NCBI RefSeq assembly: GCF_006345805.1
Contig: NC_042998.1
Coordinates: forward strand, 86,614,001-86,678,000
DNA length: 64,000 nt
Direction of reading: 5' to 3'
Origin: Octopus sinensis
Taxonomy: Eukaryota
Shown: positions 12,100-25,300 of the stretch, piece by piece
How positions within the stretch are numbered: the stretch's first letter is position 1
Layout of the letters: the number at the start of each line of letters is the position of its first letter
The notes under the pieces: model-generated
Seen by the model: the letters and a program-made list of their open reading frames with translations, nothing else
Database searches by the model: none
What the model was told of the DNA's origin: nothing
Position numbers and translations under genes: made by a program

Positions 12100-13660
12100 C
12101 TTTAAGGAGCGCTTACACAACCACTATTCATCTTTTAAATTAAGATATAGGGCTGGCAGGACGTCTCTAACCGTGAAGATCTGGGAGCTCAAAAATGATG
12201 TTGTTAAATTTGATTTAAGTTGGGACATAATTAAGGTCACTAAACCATACTTAAACGATAGATATGGATGCAGACTTTGCTGCATGGAGCTGTTCGAAAT
12301 GTTAAGGAGATCTAATAGTGAAAATCGATTAAATAATAAACTAGACCTTCACCTTTCCTGTATACATAAGGTTACCTGCATGTTCAAATACTTTAAGGAC
12401 ATTACACAACCTTGATAACAGCTCCAAGCCTAAGTCCCATCCTATTTTATTCCATCTCTTGTGAACCCTTTAGCCCTTTGATCTACCCTTTAGTTACAAG
12501 TCCTCCTAGTCTCAGTTTCCCCCATCCTTTTACCTATACCTTCCAATCACTCTTACTATACTTGATTAGTATGCTATATCAAAAGAACATACCTTCCTCT
12601 CTGTTTCATACCTGTTTTTTGCAATAGTGATCACAATGATACTTAACCTTTAGTAACAGCCTACACACAAAAGATTCTTCCTTTCCATTTATACCACTTA
12701 TATACTCCTTACATTAACATACAGTTCTGTGCAGTACTTATATTGATATTATATTGATATATTAAATATTGTCTTGACTTGTTTCACCTGATTCACTCTA
12801 AGATGATTATACCATCTAAATTTTGATATCAATACCAACCCTTTAACATTCCATCGTTAATCATTAGACCTCTCCCTATGGCTGGCTTTCCTTGGTATCT
12901 GATCTAATATTTCCCTCTAACCCCATACTAGGTGTAGTTCATTATATAACCCTGTCCGGCTTTAAATTTTAAGTTTTAAATTTATTTATTGTAAATTTCA
13001 AACTCCTTACATTGCATTCTACCTTACTACAACATCAATTCCATAAAGCTTGATGGCCGTACTCGCTCCATCCATTGTCCACTGTATACCCCTAAGTTTT
13101 CTGTTTCTTTTACTATTAGATAGAGATTCCTATATCACGATTCTACTCTGAATTGAGTTGTATATTGTTATTGTATTTCCTTATGTTTTCATTTATATTG
13201 TTATTTTTACCCTTGTTATCTATTTTTCTTTTTAATTTTCTTTCACCCTACAGTTGATTCATTTATTTCTTTTTTTTCCTTAATAATTTATGACCTCTCC
13301 AAATCACCACCATTCTTACACGACAATTATCTTAAAAAACCCACTTAAGTCTATCTTTGTTCTAGTCTAACAGATTCCTTCTCTCTCGGGGCACTGACCT
13401 TAGATATCATTACACTTTCTTGAGAACTACATTTTAATGGCTAACATTGTTAGTCATTTCCCTTTTCAAAGTTTGGCCTTGACAGATATATCTCTGCTGT
13501 TTTCCTGTGGTATCCCTTCGTTCTGTAAAAATTATGTTCTCATCTGATGAGTATGGTCTTTTATAATGATGTAATGTTCTCATTCTTCATTAAGAGTTAC
13601 GTAAAAAACAGCTGTAATGAGCTGACACATTGTGCATTTTTTATTCATCTGATTATAAAA
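12100..13660 (+). mobile_element. Penelope-like element 3' end plus long pyrimidine-rich UTR
   Basis: KIWELKNDVVKFDLSWDIIKVTKPYLNDRYGCRLCCME; ends in a hammerhead-like motif. Confidence 0.7.
13538..13622 (+). ncRNA. Degenerate type I hammerhead ribozyme motif
   Basis: Stem I CTCAT/ATGAG; core CTGATGA; palindromic stem III ACAGCTGT; GTA site; GAAA strand disrupted. Confidence 0.6.
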
Positions 13661-14099
13661 CACCAAGGGAATTTACAATTTCTTGGCACCCTAGAGTATA
13701 CCAACAACATACTACTCTAAGTAACATGTAGTGTAGACAAGTTCCTTAGGCACTAGATACTCATAGGTTTGGCTTTCTCTGAGTACGAAACTGAAATATC
13801 CTACTCGATGTCTTGACTCCAACCAACCATTGGCTGGAACCACAGATAGTACTCAATCCTACCTGGTGCATACCTTTCAAGTACCTGATTCTATTGGAAT
13901 CCTCATCTTAATTCTTATATATATATATATATATATAAATTATACAATTTTAAGTAGAGATTATTATCTTTAACAATATCCAGAAACAGGCTAGAAATAA
14001 AGTACTCTAACTGAGCTAATTTCCAATTTATGATTTCAATGGAGGCAATACCAGCAGAAAACTAGAGGAACTTGACCTATCATCCAATTGGTTTCTACT

Positions 14100-14400
14100 C
14101 ATTTATTTGAATAAACTCCTGTATCTTTTGAAATAAAGAGTCATATAGATGTATAGAAATGACTTCAACATGGCTATTGTTGAGCATGCATTTATGTTTA
14201 TCTTTGGTATGCAGATTGAGTAATACTGTACATTTTTTATGGTATTTATTCCAATGTACTTCTATTTGCTCTGCTAAAATCTTGACTGTTGCACCAATGT
14301 ATGCTGTGGTTGAGTTCTTAGACTTGCCTGCTATACATTAAATGGTAAACTAGTTTACCATTTAAAATATATACATTATAAGACATTAAATCTAAAGGAT
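14100..14400 (-). mobile_element. Possible Penelope GIY-YIG relic
   Basis: IGATVKILAEQIEVHWNKY in a decayed frame. Confidence 0.4.
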
Positions 14401-14506
14401 TGCCATCCAGACAAATACAAAGATTATAGTATGTCACCTACCTTATGTTCGTATGCACATCTACATTTATTGTTGGAAAATACAAGCATCTCCACTAAAA
14501 TATTCC

Positions 14507-14559
<53 letters not shown>

Positions 14560-14605
14560 GAAATATTTGTTTGTCTGTTCACTGCTTATTTCCATTTCTT
14601 TTCAG

Positions 14606-14646
14606 ATATACCAGGAAATTAAGAGCAGCTAAAACCACTGTATATG
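14606..14646 (+). CDS. CDH23-like: Cadherin-23-like gene, exon D (YTRKLRAAKTTVY)
   Basis: ttcttttcag acceptor, gtaagt donor; phase 2 to 1; resembles CDH23 HKRKLKAIV. Confidence 0.88.
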
Positions 14647-15074
14647 GTAAGTTGTTTTAATGTCTCTGTCTTTGGTTTGGAATGGATGCAATGTCAACCT
14701 TTTGGCTGCAAAGTTGACCTTTGAGATGTCCTGTGTCTGTGGATATGATTTTTAGCTTACATTGGCTTAGAAACTTTTTTTTATGTATTATGTTCTAGGA
14801 AAGCAGGCCAGTATCCATAATTTTTAACTTCTCTCCCAAACAAATGAGATCAATGTAGAGTTGTATATAACTATCATGTGGGGCTATTCTAATCTCATTA
14901 GCAAAGCAAGCCTAAATGTACTTGTTGACAGGGCCAGCCTTAAGCCAACTGGACCAATTGCTCCCAATCAGGCCCCCATGCTGAAGGGGGCCCTGCGCTC
15001 AAGAAGACCACATTCAGAAATGCACTAAGGATGGCTAGTTTATAGACACTTCAAAGTGAGTAGTTGTGAGAGTC

Positions 15075-16355
15075 ATGATAGAGCGTTAGATGCAGTGGTG
15101 TTTTCCCTGATCCTAAATCGTCTTGTCCTTTTTGTTGAACCTTTGCTCCGAAAGAACCAAAATGGATTCAGACATGGGCGCTCAACGCTGAGCCAGATAC
15201 TATGCCTACGCAGACTTATTGAAGAATCAAAAGCATTTAATCGCGATCTTGCAATGGTATTTGTAGACTTTTCTAAAGCGTTTGATTCTGTAGATAGGTA
15301 CAAGATGTTTGAAATCCTTAAGCTCTATGGAATACCAGACAAAATCATTTCTGCCATCAAGGTCCTCTACACAGATACGTCTTCAACCATGTTAACCCCT
15401 GACGGAGAAACATCATCTTTCTCAATCAAAGCTGGAATACTGCAGGGAGAAACACTCGCCCCATTTCTTTTCATCATTGTTGTTGATTATGTGCTACGTA
15501 TGTCAGTTGAAACCATCTCTGGCAAGGGCTTTAAAATAAAACCAAGAAGAAGTTCCAGACACCCAGCTGAGTACTTGACAGACACTGACTTTGCTGACAA
15601 CATCGCTCTTATCAGTGATTCTCTCTCCAATGCCCAGTCTCTTTTACAATCTCTTGAACAAGCCTCAAATTGTGTAGGTCTTTACCTCAATGAGGCCAAG
15701 ACTGAATACATAAACAAGTGCCTGTCCAACAGTGATTGCATTATCCATACTCTCAACAATGCGCCCTTAAATATGGTTTCTGATTACAAATATCTTGGGT
15801 CATACATATCATCATCTGGAAAAGACTTTCTAACTAGAAAGGGTATGGCCTGGTCAGCCTGTAATGACATGCATAAGATCTGGTCATCAAATCTAAGTAG
15901 AGACTTCAAACTTGAAATCTTCAAAGCCACAGTCGAACGAATTCTACTATATGGCTCAGAAACATGGACGTTATCAAAGAAGCTTGAGAGGTGGTTGGAT
16001 GGAACCTACATCGCCTCCTTATGAGAGCTCAAAATCTCTCGTGGAGGCGCCATCCAACCAAAATGCAAATATATGGGAAACTACCACCTGTGTCATCTCT
16101 TGTGAAAGGTAAGAGAGTCCAGTTTGCTGGACATTGTTGTAGAGCTGAAAAAGAGGTAATTTCTACTCTTCTCCTCTGGAAGCCATCTACTTGCAATACC
16201 AGAGGGCGCACACTCTCCTACCCTGATGTAATCTCCAGGGATACAGGCATCCAGCAACAGGACCTCCGTAATGCCATGATGGACCATGAAGTCTGGCGTA
16301 GCATGGTAAATTCCATTGTCTCGACCACGGTCGAACAATGATGATAATGATGATG
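15075..16355 (+). mobile_element. RTE-clade LINE, 5'-truncated, near-intact RT
   Basis: NQNGFRHGRST, FVDFSKAFDSV, GILQGETLAPFLF, TDFADNIAL, LLYGSETW; one frameshift near 16010; (GAT)n tail. Confidence 0.93.
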
Positions 16356-16439
16356 TTTTCCCTGATATATGAAAGTGCTGAAAAAAACATACAGCTTCAT
16401 AAAAACTACAGATACTCCAGAGATCGATTTTCTCAAATG

Positions 16440-17300
16440 TCTCAGAAGCCCTTGAAAGATTGTAGATAATTTCTGCTTTCTAGGGGATCTAATTAGTTGT
16501 AGAGGAGGATGTATGGAGAGTGTGATAGCTAGAATAAGAATAAGATAGAGAAAATTCAGAGAGCTTTTACCCTGATGGCAACCAAAGGTTTCTCTCTCTG
16601 AGTGAAAGAAAGATTCTATGATGCATGTATATGGACAGCAATTCTACATGGTAGTGAGACATGGGCCCAGAATGCAGAGGACATGTGAAGGCTCAAGAGG
16701 AATGAGGCTAGTTTGCTCCACTGAATGTGTAATATAAGTGTACATGTGTTACAAAGTGTTAGTATATTGAGAGAGAAGTTAGGCATAGGAGGAATTAGAT
16801 GCAGCCAAGAGAGAAGACTGTGCTGGTTTGAGTATATGATATGGATGGATGTTAGTAACTCCATAAAGAAGTGCCACTCACTCAAAGTGGATGGAACTCG
16901 TGGAAGAGGGAGACCCAGGAGGACACGATAACCTCAGAACACTGCAACTTTCATATGAGATGACAAAGGACTGAAATACCTGGTACATTGCTGTACTCAA
17001 GAAGACCTGTCCTTCACAGCAAAAGTGTTAAGGCTACATCCCCTGCTGGAGATGATTGGCCTGCAAGAATCCTGTGCTGGTGCTGCATAAAAAGCACTTG
17101 TGCTGGTACCATGTAAAAACGCTCAGCCAATGTCACGTTAAAAGTATTCCACATACAATGTAAAGTTGTTTGTGTTAGAAAGGGAATCAAGCTGTAGAAA
17201 CCAAGCCAAATCAGGCTGAAACCCAGTGCAGCTCTCTGGCTTGCCAGCTCTGGTCAAACCGTCCAACCCATACCAGCATGGAAAATGGATACTTTGCATC
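16440..17300 (+). mobile_element. RTE LINE 3' fragment plus SINE tail
   Basis: AILHGSETW, RGRGRPRRT; similar to 34780-35190. Confidence 0.75.
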
Positions 17301-17740
17301 TTTTAATCAAGATTCAATTTTTTTCTCACCTTAAACCTTAAAATATTCATCTTGCTCTTCTACATCACATTTAATAAATATATTCCTATTTTGGTTATAA
17401 ATAGATTATAGATCCAGTTTATGCAACTGGGGCAGTATCTAATTAAAATAGCCATTTATGTATGACAAAGGACCAAGACCTTTGGCAATATGCTGTGCCT
17501 GAGGAGGAAAATCCTTCAAACCAAGTGAAATCGTAGTCATGGCATGTAAAAGCACTCATTATACTCTCAGAGTAGTTGGTATTAGGAAGTGCATTCATGC
17601 CAAATCAGACTGGAATCTGGTGCAGCCCCTCAGCTTACCAGCCTTGGAGCCTTGGTCAAACTGTCCAACCCATGACAGCATGGACAATAGACTTTAAATG
17701 ATGATGCCGATGATGATGATGACACATACATATATATATA

Positions 17741-19210
17741 CAGGATGCATAAGATATTTGAAGACAAATTTATGTTTATAAAAAAACATGATAACAGATA
17801 ATACTTTTATTTATCAAAAAATGCTATGATGATAAAAATAAACCTTCTTTTGTATAATGTTATTCAATAAAGCCACTTTCAGCTTCCACAACTGCTTCTA
17901 TATGAGATCTAAATCATCTACATGCTTGAATCAAGTGGTTCTGATTCATTTTGGACATTACTCTGACTATGGCAGCTTTCAAAGAATCTTTGGTGTTATG
18001 GGTGTGTTCATTGATCTCTTTCTCAACAACGCCCCACATGTAATAGTCCAATGGATTAAGATCTGGGGAATTAAGAGGCTAAATGTTAGGGGCTATGTGA
18101 TCATGAAAATTTTCAGCCATCCATTCCTGTGTTACTAGAGCCATGTGTGATTGTGCAGAGTCTTACCGAAACACATAAGGTCTTCCATTGCATAAACTAT
18201 CTATCCAGGGCTTAATTATTTCCAAGATGAGCTGGCAGAAATGTTAGCTCACCAGGCGAAATGCTTAGCGGTATTACGTCTGTCTTTACGTTCTGAGTTC
18301 AAATTCCACTGAGATCAACTTTGCCTTTCATCCTTTCGGTGCCAATGAATTAAGAACCAGTTGCATACTGGGATCGATCTAATCAACTGACTCCTTCTCC
18401 AAAATTTCAGGCCTTGTGTCTAGAGTAGAAAAGAATGATTTTCATTATTTCCAGTACCTCAATATAGGCAGCAGAGTTAACTCTAAGGCCTGGTGGAAAG
18501 AAGTAACAAGGCATCACATGTCCTTCATTGCTGACAACTCCTAAAACCATGACAGTTGCACAGGGAATTTTGTTTGCATAACACTTGGAACTTCAGAAGG
18601 GTCTGCACATTACTATCTGTCATTTCTTCTGTTAACTTTTTGATCTTGGTTGAAGTTTTTCTTGTTTGAGAAAAACCAAATCAAATGTTCTTCTACTGGA
18701 TATTTCAGTTTGTTTAAGAGCCTTTTAAATCTGATGTAGTGATTTTCTTTGGCTTTTTATAACAAATTGACCTTTCCTCATAACCTAAGACTTATAGCTG
18801 ATGTCTTCATGGACAACATTTCTGACTGTTCCTTCTGACACATGGAGATCTTTTGCATTTGACCTCATGAACTTTCTGGGTATGTTGAACTTGCTGGATA
18901 TCTAAGTGTTCTGATAATTTCAGAGCATCTACAATGCCTTTTATGCTTTGATACTAGTGATACATTCCATCTTCAGTCTCTAGCTCCTTAAAAACTTTAT
19001 AGGTGAAATATCTGAAAACTTTTAAAACTTGAGATATTTCTAAATCACTATGTTCAGCCTTTATAACCACAATAACAGCATGCTTCTTCATTTCTTGAGT
19101 AAGCTGAGAGTCTGCCATTATTATTTTCTGGAACAAATATTATATGGAGTTATCAAAAAATGCAGCAATGACCCATAAAAGGTATGTTCTCAAATACCTT
19201 ATGCACCCTG
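17741..19210 (-). mobile_element. Tc1/mariner (DD37D/maT-like) transposon with nested SINE (~18225-18440)
   Basis: TIRs CAGG(A/G)TGCATAAG flanked by TA; SPDLNPLDYYMWGVVEKE; N-terminal EMKKHAVIVVIKAEHSDLEIS. Confidence 0.88.
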
Positions 19211-19579
19211 TATATACACAGACAGACTGACTGACTGATTGATTTGTTCACAGTTAGTATATACTTTACTTTTATTGGTGATCATTTTTGTTTCTTTATT
19301 TCTCATAAGTTCAGGATTAAAGGAACCAATATAGATTTGGACATTTGTTTTTATTATATATATATGCATTGAATTGAATTCAACTAGTTTCAGAGCTGTG
19401 GCCATGCTGTGACTATTAAAATGTGCTTCCCTTCACATCCATTTTTGCATTTCTTTTAATAATTTAATTTTGCACGTTCTATTTTGTATGTGTATTCTAA
19501 ACTGTGTTTGTCTTTGCATGAAAGAAATTCATCTGTCAAAGAAAACTATGGTCATTATTTAATTTTTATACCATTGCAG

Positions 19580-19637
19580 CATCAGATGAAATAGCTGAAG
19601 ATGTATATCCTGGAACCAATTTGTTTTCAGAGGGACA
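19580..19637 (+). CDS. CDH23-like: Cadherin-23-like gene, exon E (SDEIAEDVYPGTNLFSEG)
   Basis: cattgcag acceptor, gtatgt donor; phase 1 to 2; matches the CDH23-family PNTNKYSFDG motif. Confidence 0.88.
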
Positions 19638-19775
19638 GTATGTTTTTCTTTCTCTCTTTCTCATTTTTTCCTCCTTTTCTATCCTTTCTAATTCCTATTG
19701 TTTTTTTATAAACATTTGATTATTTAATTACATGTAGGTTATAATTGGTTTCATAACTATGACAGCAATCAATCT

Positions 19776-20520
19776 TTACATTTCATCAGTCCAGAATTGA
19801 TAAAATAAAGTACCAGTCATGTACCGGTATTGTTTTAAGTCACTTGCCCTATCCCTGAATTTTCTTGCCTTGAGCCAAATTAGAAACTTGTTATTAAGGA
19901 TCAGTAGAATTGTTGAAGTATCAAACAAAATGCTTTGTGGTATATCTTCCATGTCTATAATCTGAGTTCTCTCCACTACATATTTGTAGCTTTGTGTTAA
20001 AGACAGCAATCACTGTAGTTGTATTGAACTCTGAGTAACATCAGTTTCTTTGGACTGTAGCAAGGAAATAAAGTACACTTTGCAAGGCATTTGTGCAGCA
20101 TAAACAGATGTATTATTCCATAATGTTTTAGATTTATGCCTTGTGAATGACGGATCTTCCTTCCTTGTCCAGCTGCCTGCAATTTTGCAGTGCATTCCAA
20201 GCTTGTGTGTAGTATATTCCGATACTCTAATAATATACTTTACCAAAACAAACTTTCTGTTTGTAGGTCTGCTCAAAATCTGTTGTAGCAATTAGATGTT
20301 CCTTTTAGAAAGCATAACTTTGTAACAGGTTCCAACGCTCTTTCACTGTTGAGTACTTATCAATAGAAAAGCATCCAACTGTAAATTATCTATTCATGCA
20401 TCAGTGTCTGCATTTAGAAGTCCTGATTTCATAATAATTCATTCCACAATAGAAGGATCCAAAGAATATTCCAAAGCAGATAGAATATTTACTTGCAATT
20501 TGTTGTTTATTAAGGTGTGT
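19776..20520 (-). pseudogene. Unidentified decayed ORF, no frameshifts, antisense in an intron
   Basis: One frame stays continuous over ~250 codons, broken by 4 TGA and 1 TAA; not recognised as a TE domain. Confidence 0.5.
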
Positions 20521-20724
20521 TTTATAGGTTTACATTGTTTATGCCATCAATAATGTAAAAATATATGGTTACACTGCCAGTGACATAAGAGGAAGAAGAA
20601 TTTTCTCAGAAATTCTTTTATATATCTTTTGTGAAGTAAAACTGAAAAAACATATTAGTTTATCAATAACCCATGGACTTTTTCTTCCAAAAATGTATTT
20701 GTGTCTTCTATAAATATTTTTCAG

Positions 20725-20790
20725 GATTAATCCATTATACAACAATTTGGATGAAAAGGACATGGGTGGTCCCTTACCAGAGAAAGGGAG
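20725..20790 (+). CDS. CDH23-like: Cadherin-23-like gene, exon F (INPLYNNLDEKDMGGPLPEKG)
   Basis: tttttcag acceptor, gtatgt donor; phase 2 to 2; completes EG-Q-INPLY (CDH23 GANPVW). Confidence 0.88.
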
Positions 20791-21199
20791 GTATGTTTTA
20801 CAAAACAGATTTTAAAATGAAAAGTTTGTTTCAAAATGTTTGCTATTATTTATCATGAGATAAAGGGTAAAAACAAATGGAAGCTGAATGTTTTATTGGA
20901 ACTAAATTAATATCTCAGTGTTCTGAGTTCAAATATCACTAAGGTAAAGTTAATTTCCTTCTTTCTAGAGCCAATAAAACAAGTAATAGCATACTAGATT
21001 ATATCAATCAGCAACGAGTACAGAAGTAGCTGTGTGATTGCTTTGCTACCATGTGCTTTTAGGGCTGATCCTGCTGGATGATACTTTTGGCAAGTGTCTT
21101 CTACTACTGTCACAGGTTGACCAATGCCTTGTGAGTGATATCAGATTGGTGGAAACTGTAGGGAAGCCTATCTTATACTGATTGATATATATGTGTGCG

Positions 21200-21240
<41 letters not shown>

Positions 21241-21252
21241 AGCATATATTCA

Positions 21253-21317
<65 letters not shown>

Positions 21318-21384
21318 ACATGTGCATAAGTTATCTAAAAGTCCATAAGTCAGAGAAAAGATGCACTTGTATATCTGTCAACTG

Positions 21385-23500
21385 AGTGGTTATATTATCC
21401 AAAGTGTACAGTATTATATAACCATCATGGCTGATCTTACCAATTGGTTTCACACCAGGGGTATAGTAGAGAGGTAACAATCCAATCATATAACCCTGTG
21501 CTCACCAGAGGTAGCCGATATGTAATGAAATATGGCAACTGTTCTCTATTGTTGGAGGTGAAAAGACATCCAGTTTGCAATTGTTGTTAAAATTTGATGA
21601 AACGAACAAAGTAGGGGATTTAGTCAAGAGTTATGTCCCTTGATACCGAGACATTGCCACTGGATTGATTATGCTGTAAGTCAGAAAGAGTTATCATGAA
21701 GTGTTTGTGGAAATTGTGTGTGTCTTTCAGATTTATTTTCTTGTGAAAATGGGATATGTGTAGTGGTACTGTTTGTATAACTTTTGCAAGGAGTGTAGGC
21801 ATTCATTACTATGTTTGCTAGAGTGTTTTCCTTCTGTATTAATTAAGATTGTGGGGGCTTTATGCATGTATGCACGTGTGTAAGGGTACAATATGTGTGT
21901 GGGCCTTTATATTGGAGGTGATGGAAAACAGTCTATTTGGAAGGCGTCTGTCTTGTTGGGTCTGGAGATCCTTCTGCTAGAACTTGGTAAAGAGTGACAG
22001 CAGAAGAATCTCCAGCTTATCTTCAAGCAAAGAGATTTTTGATGCTGCCACCCTGCACTACAATGAGGCACTGGTTGTGAGCAGTTTCAAGGATAGAACT
22101 ACACACCAGAACCTAACCCCTCCAAGAGAAAGTGGCACCAGAAAGTATTGTGGTTCACACTGCCCTTTTCTATAAATTTTAAAACCCAAGTAGGTAAGAT
22201 TTTTCTTAGCTTAGTTGATGGATACTTCCCCCATACAAATTAATTCAGCAAAATATTCAATAGGCATACCTTGAAAATTTCCTTTAGCTGTGCACCTAGT
22301 GTAAAAAAGATTTTTGTAAGTAGGCCCATGCCTGAGACAGAGGCAGGATACACATGTAGGGGGAGCACAGCATTTCCTCAGAATGGCCACTGTAACATGG
22401 AAGAAACTGCTATAGGACCAAGTGGGCAACTAGACATGTGAGAGTATGTAGGAGCAACTGAAGGCCACTTCAGAACCTGCTTTAACAACCACAAGTCCTA
22501 CTTTAACATCCTGGAGAGACACACCACAACAGAACAACCCTGGTCAGGTCTGTTTAATCTTTGAAAGTAAGTACGACAAAGTACAACAAAGTGGAAGATC
22601 CTAGAGAAATGTAAACCATACTTCAATAGCAGCAGGATGTGCAGGTTATGCCAAACTGAGAAAAGAGCAATTTTAAAGAGCATCCAGCACACAGGCTTTT
22701 ACCTCAATAGCAGGAGTGAAGTATTTAAATCCTTGCCCTCATGAAAGAAAGTACATCCTATCATTCCTGCATGCCCCATCATGACTACAACCACCAGTCC
22801 TCAGCCTCAGCTCTCCACCAATACTCTGGAGTCCGGCAAAGAGTTTGACCAGAGCATTCACCAATGCACCTACATACTCACTCACCAATACATCCACATA
22901 CAAACACGCATGCTCCAGTATTGTACACACCTACCAAATAGCCTGTTTTCCACAACCTCCAATATAAACTCACACACACACTTGCATTGTACTCCTACAT
23001 TCACTGCATACACACATAAAGCCCCCATGATCTTATCCAATACTGAAAGAAACCACATTAGCAAACACAGTAATGAATGCCTACACTCCTTGCAAAAGTT
23101 ATACAAACAGTACCACTACACATATCCCATTCCTACAAGAAAACAAACCTGAAAGACACACATAATTCCCACAAACACTTCATGATAACTCTTACCAATT
23201 TATACAACCTAACCAGCCCCGTGAAAATGTCTTGGTATCAAGGGACATAACTCTTGACTAAATCCCCCTACCTGGTTCGTTTCATCATATTTTCACAACT
23301 GCAAAATGGGTGTGTCCTTTTACCTCCAACAATAGAGAGTAGTTGCCATGTTTCATTTCATATTGGCTACCTCTGATGAGCGGAGGTTATATGATTGGAT
23401 TGTTACTTAACACTATGTTGTACCCCTGGTATGATTAGCCATGATGAATATATAATACTGTACACTTCAGATATATATATACCTTAAAAAGTCAGGGAAT
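21385..23500 (+). mobile_element. Penelope-like element (GIY-YIG relic ~21960-22760) flanked by ~570-bp inverted repeats
   Basis: 21385-21960 is the reverse complement of ~22900-23500; internal YVGATEGHFRTCFNNHK and WKILEKCKPYFNSSRMCRLCQTEK. Confidence 0.85.
21429..21516 (-). ncRNA. Type I hammerhead ribozyme-like motif
   Basis: CTGGTGA core (A6G), stem II GCAC/GTGT plus AGGG/CCCT, GAAA, palindrome ACCAATTGGT, GTA site. Confidence 0.65.
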
Positions 23501-23725
23501 ATGCAATAAATATATTTACTTAACCACTTCACATCCTTAAGGTTATGGCCATTTTGCAGCCTTCTTCTTGTAGTAATAAATTCAGTGTGGAACATACATA
23601 CATACATAGATATGTACATACATACTTACATACATACATGCATGCATGCATGCATGCATACATACATACATACATCATACATACATGCATGCATGCATGC
23701 ATGCATGCATACATACATACATACA

Positions 23726-23754
<29 letters not shown>

Positions 23755-23757
<3 letters not shown>

Positions 23758-25300
23758 ACATCTAACTTTTTAGATGTAACTCTAAGCATATCAACCTCCC
23801 AATACTCCCCTTATGACATACCTAACTAATATCTTAAATACCTAAACATTCATTCCAATCACCACAAATCCCCTTTTGATAACATAATCAAGGGTATCTC
23901 GACTCGTATATCTGACCTCTCTTTCACTGGGGAAATTTTCAATAACCACACACCATATTATAATCAAGCACTCACTGCTAGCAGCCTCTCCCAACAAATA
24001 AAATCCATCTATAACACCAGGCTCAAACAATATATATCTCATATCACATCACAAAGACACACCAACCATCACAATCACAACTGATCACACATACACTTTG
24101 ATAGAAGCCCCTGGAAGATCTCACACCTAGACAACCTGGACCCCCACACATACATTTAACACTAGGTCAAAAACTAGAACAGCTAGCAACAACAGGCCTT
24201 GCCACCCCCTTCCATCCTCCAAAAACCTAGATAGTACTACTCCTAAAATGTGACGGATGATCTATTCTGTGGTACACATCCACCTTCTCACATAATGTTA
24301 AGAACTTTGCTAAATCCTTCTTTAAAATACTAGACTCCAACTTCCCTCATCAACATAAATATTATTCTATCTTTAATAGATCCACCTTGAAACTATCCTA
24401 TTCTGCCCCACCCAACTACAAATCTATCATAGCAGCCTCTAATAAACAAAAACTTTCTCTCTACTTTCAAAACTCACATAATTATAATTCTAGTTACACG
24501 AATGCTCAACACACACACAGCTCCAGCATGGAAACCCAACCCAACCTATCCTACTGACACTACCCAGAACACCACCACAACCTCTAACATTCTTACAAAT
24601 AGTGCATTTAATAACAATAGTAGTAGTAATAACAATAATAGTAATAATAGCATTAATAATACTAATAGTTTAGACCTTTCAACCCACTTCTCTAACCTCT
24701 CCTCTGACAATGTTACCGCCTCCATTCCTGAAAGCAATCTTCAAATTTCATCCACTTGTAACTGCCATCCTGAGGCCATCTGCCCTTTGTAAGCCCATTG
24801 TAAAAGATATAATGTAATTTACAAATGCACTGTCCTTAACCTATTACTTAATTCTACAACCATATACATAGAATCAACCATAAATTTTAAACAACTATAT
24901 GCCGCTCCCCTCCATTCTTTTAGATATGATAAACATAGGAAATCTACAACACTCACCAGTCACATACATCATCTCAAAAATACAAATATACCCATACTTT
25001 GTCATGGTCCATATTAGATTCAGGGCTTCCTTACCAAGGTCAACACTTAACCTGCAAGTTATGCCTAAAGGAGGCACTTCACATATTAGAGCACAACTCT
25101 TCAACACTACTAGATAAACATAATAAGGCCCTAAACACATGAAACCATTGCTTTTTTCATACATTCAAATTCTACCACAAATCCAAAAGCCTATATAACC
25201 ACACAGTATATTTCCACAATACCCCATAGGTAATCCTTAACAAACATATAAGTCTCCATTTTAATTTCTAATCCTTATCTAACCCCCATTTCTTACCTGA
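23755..25300 (+). mobile_element. Old Penelope-like element (RT thumb, N-rich linker, GIY-YIG)
   Basis: NFLDVTLSISTSQYSPYDIPN..YLNIHSNH; CPL..CKRYNVIYKC; may continue at 27330-28020 beyond the mariner. Confidence 0.7.
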
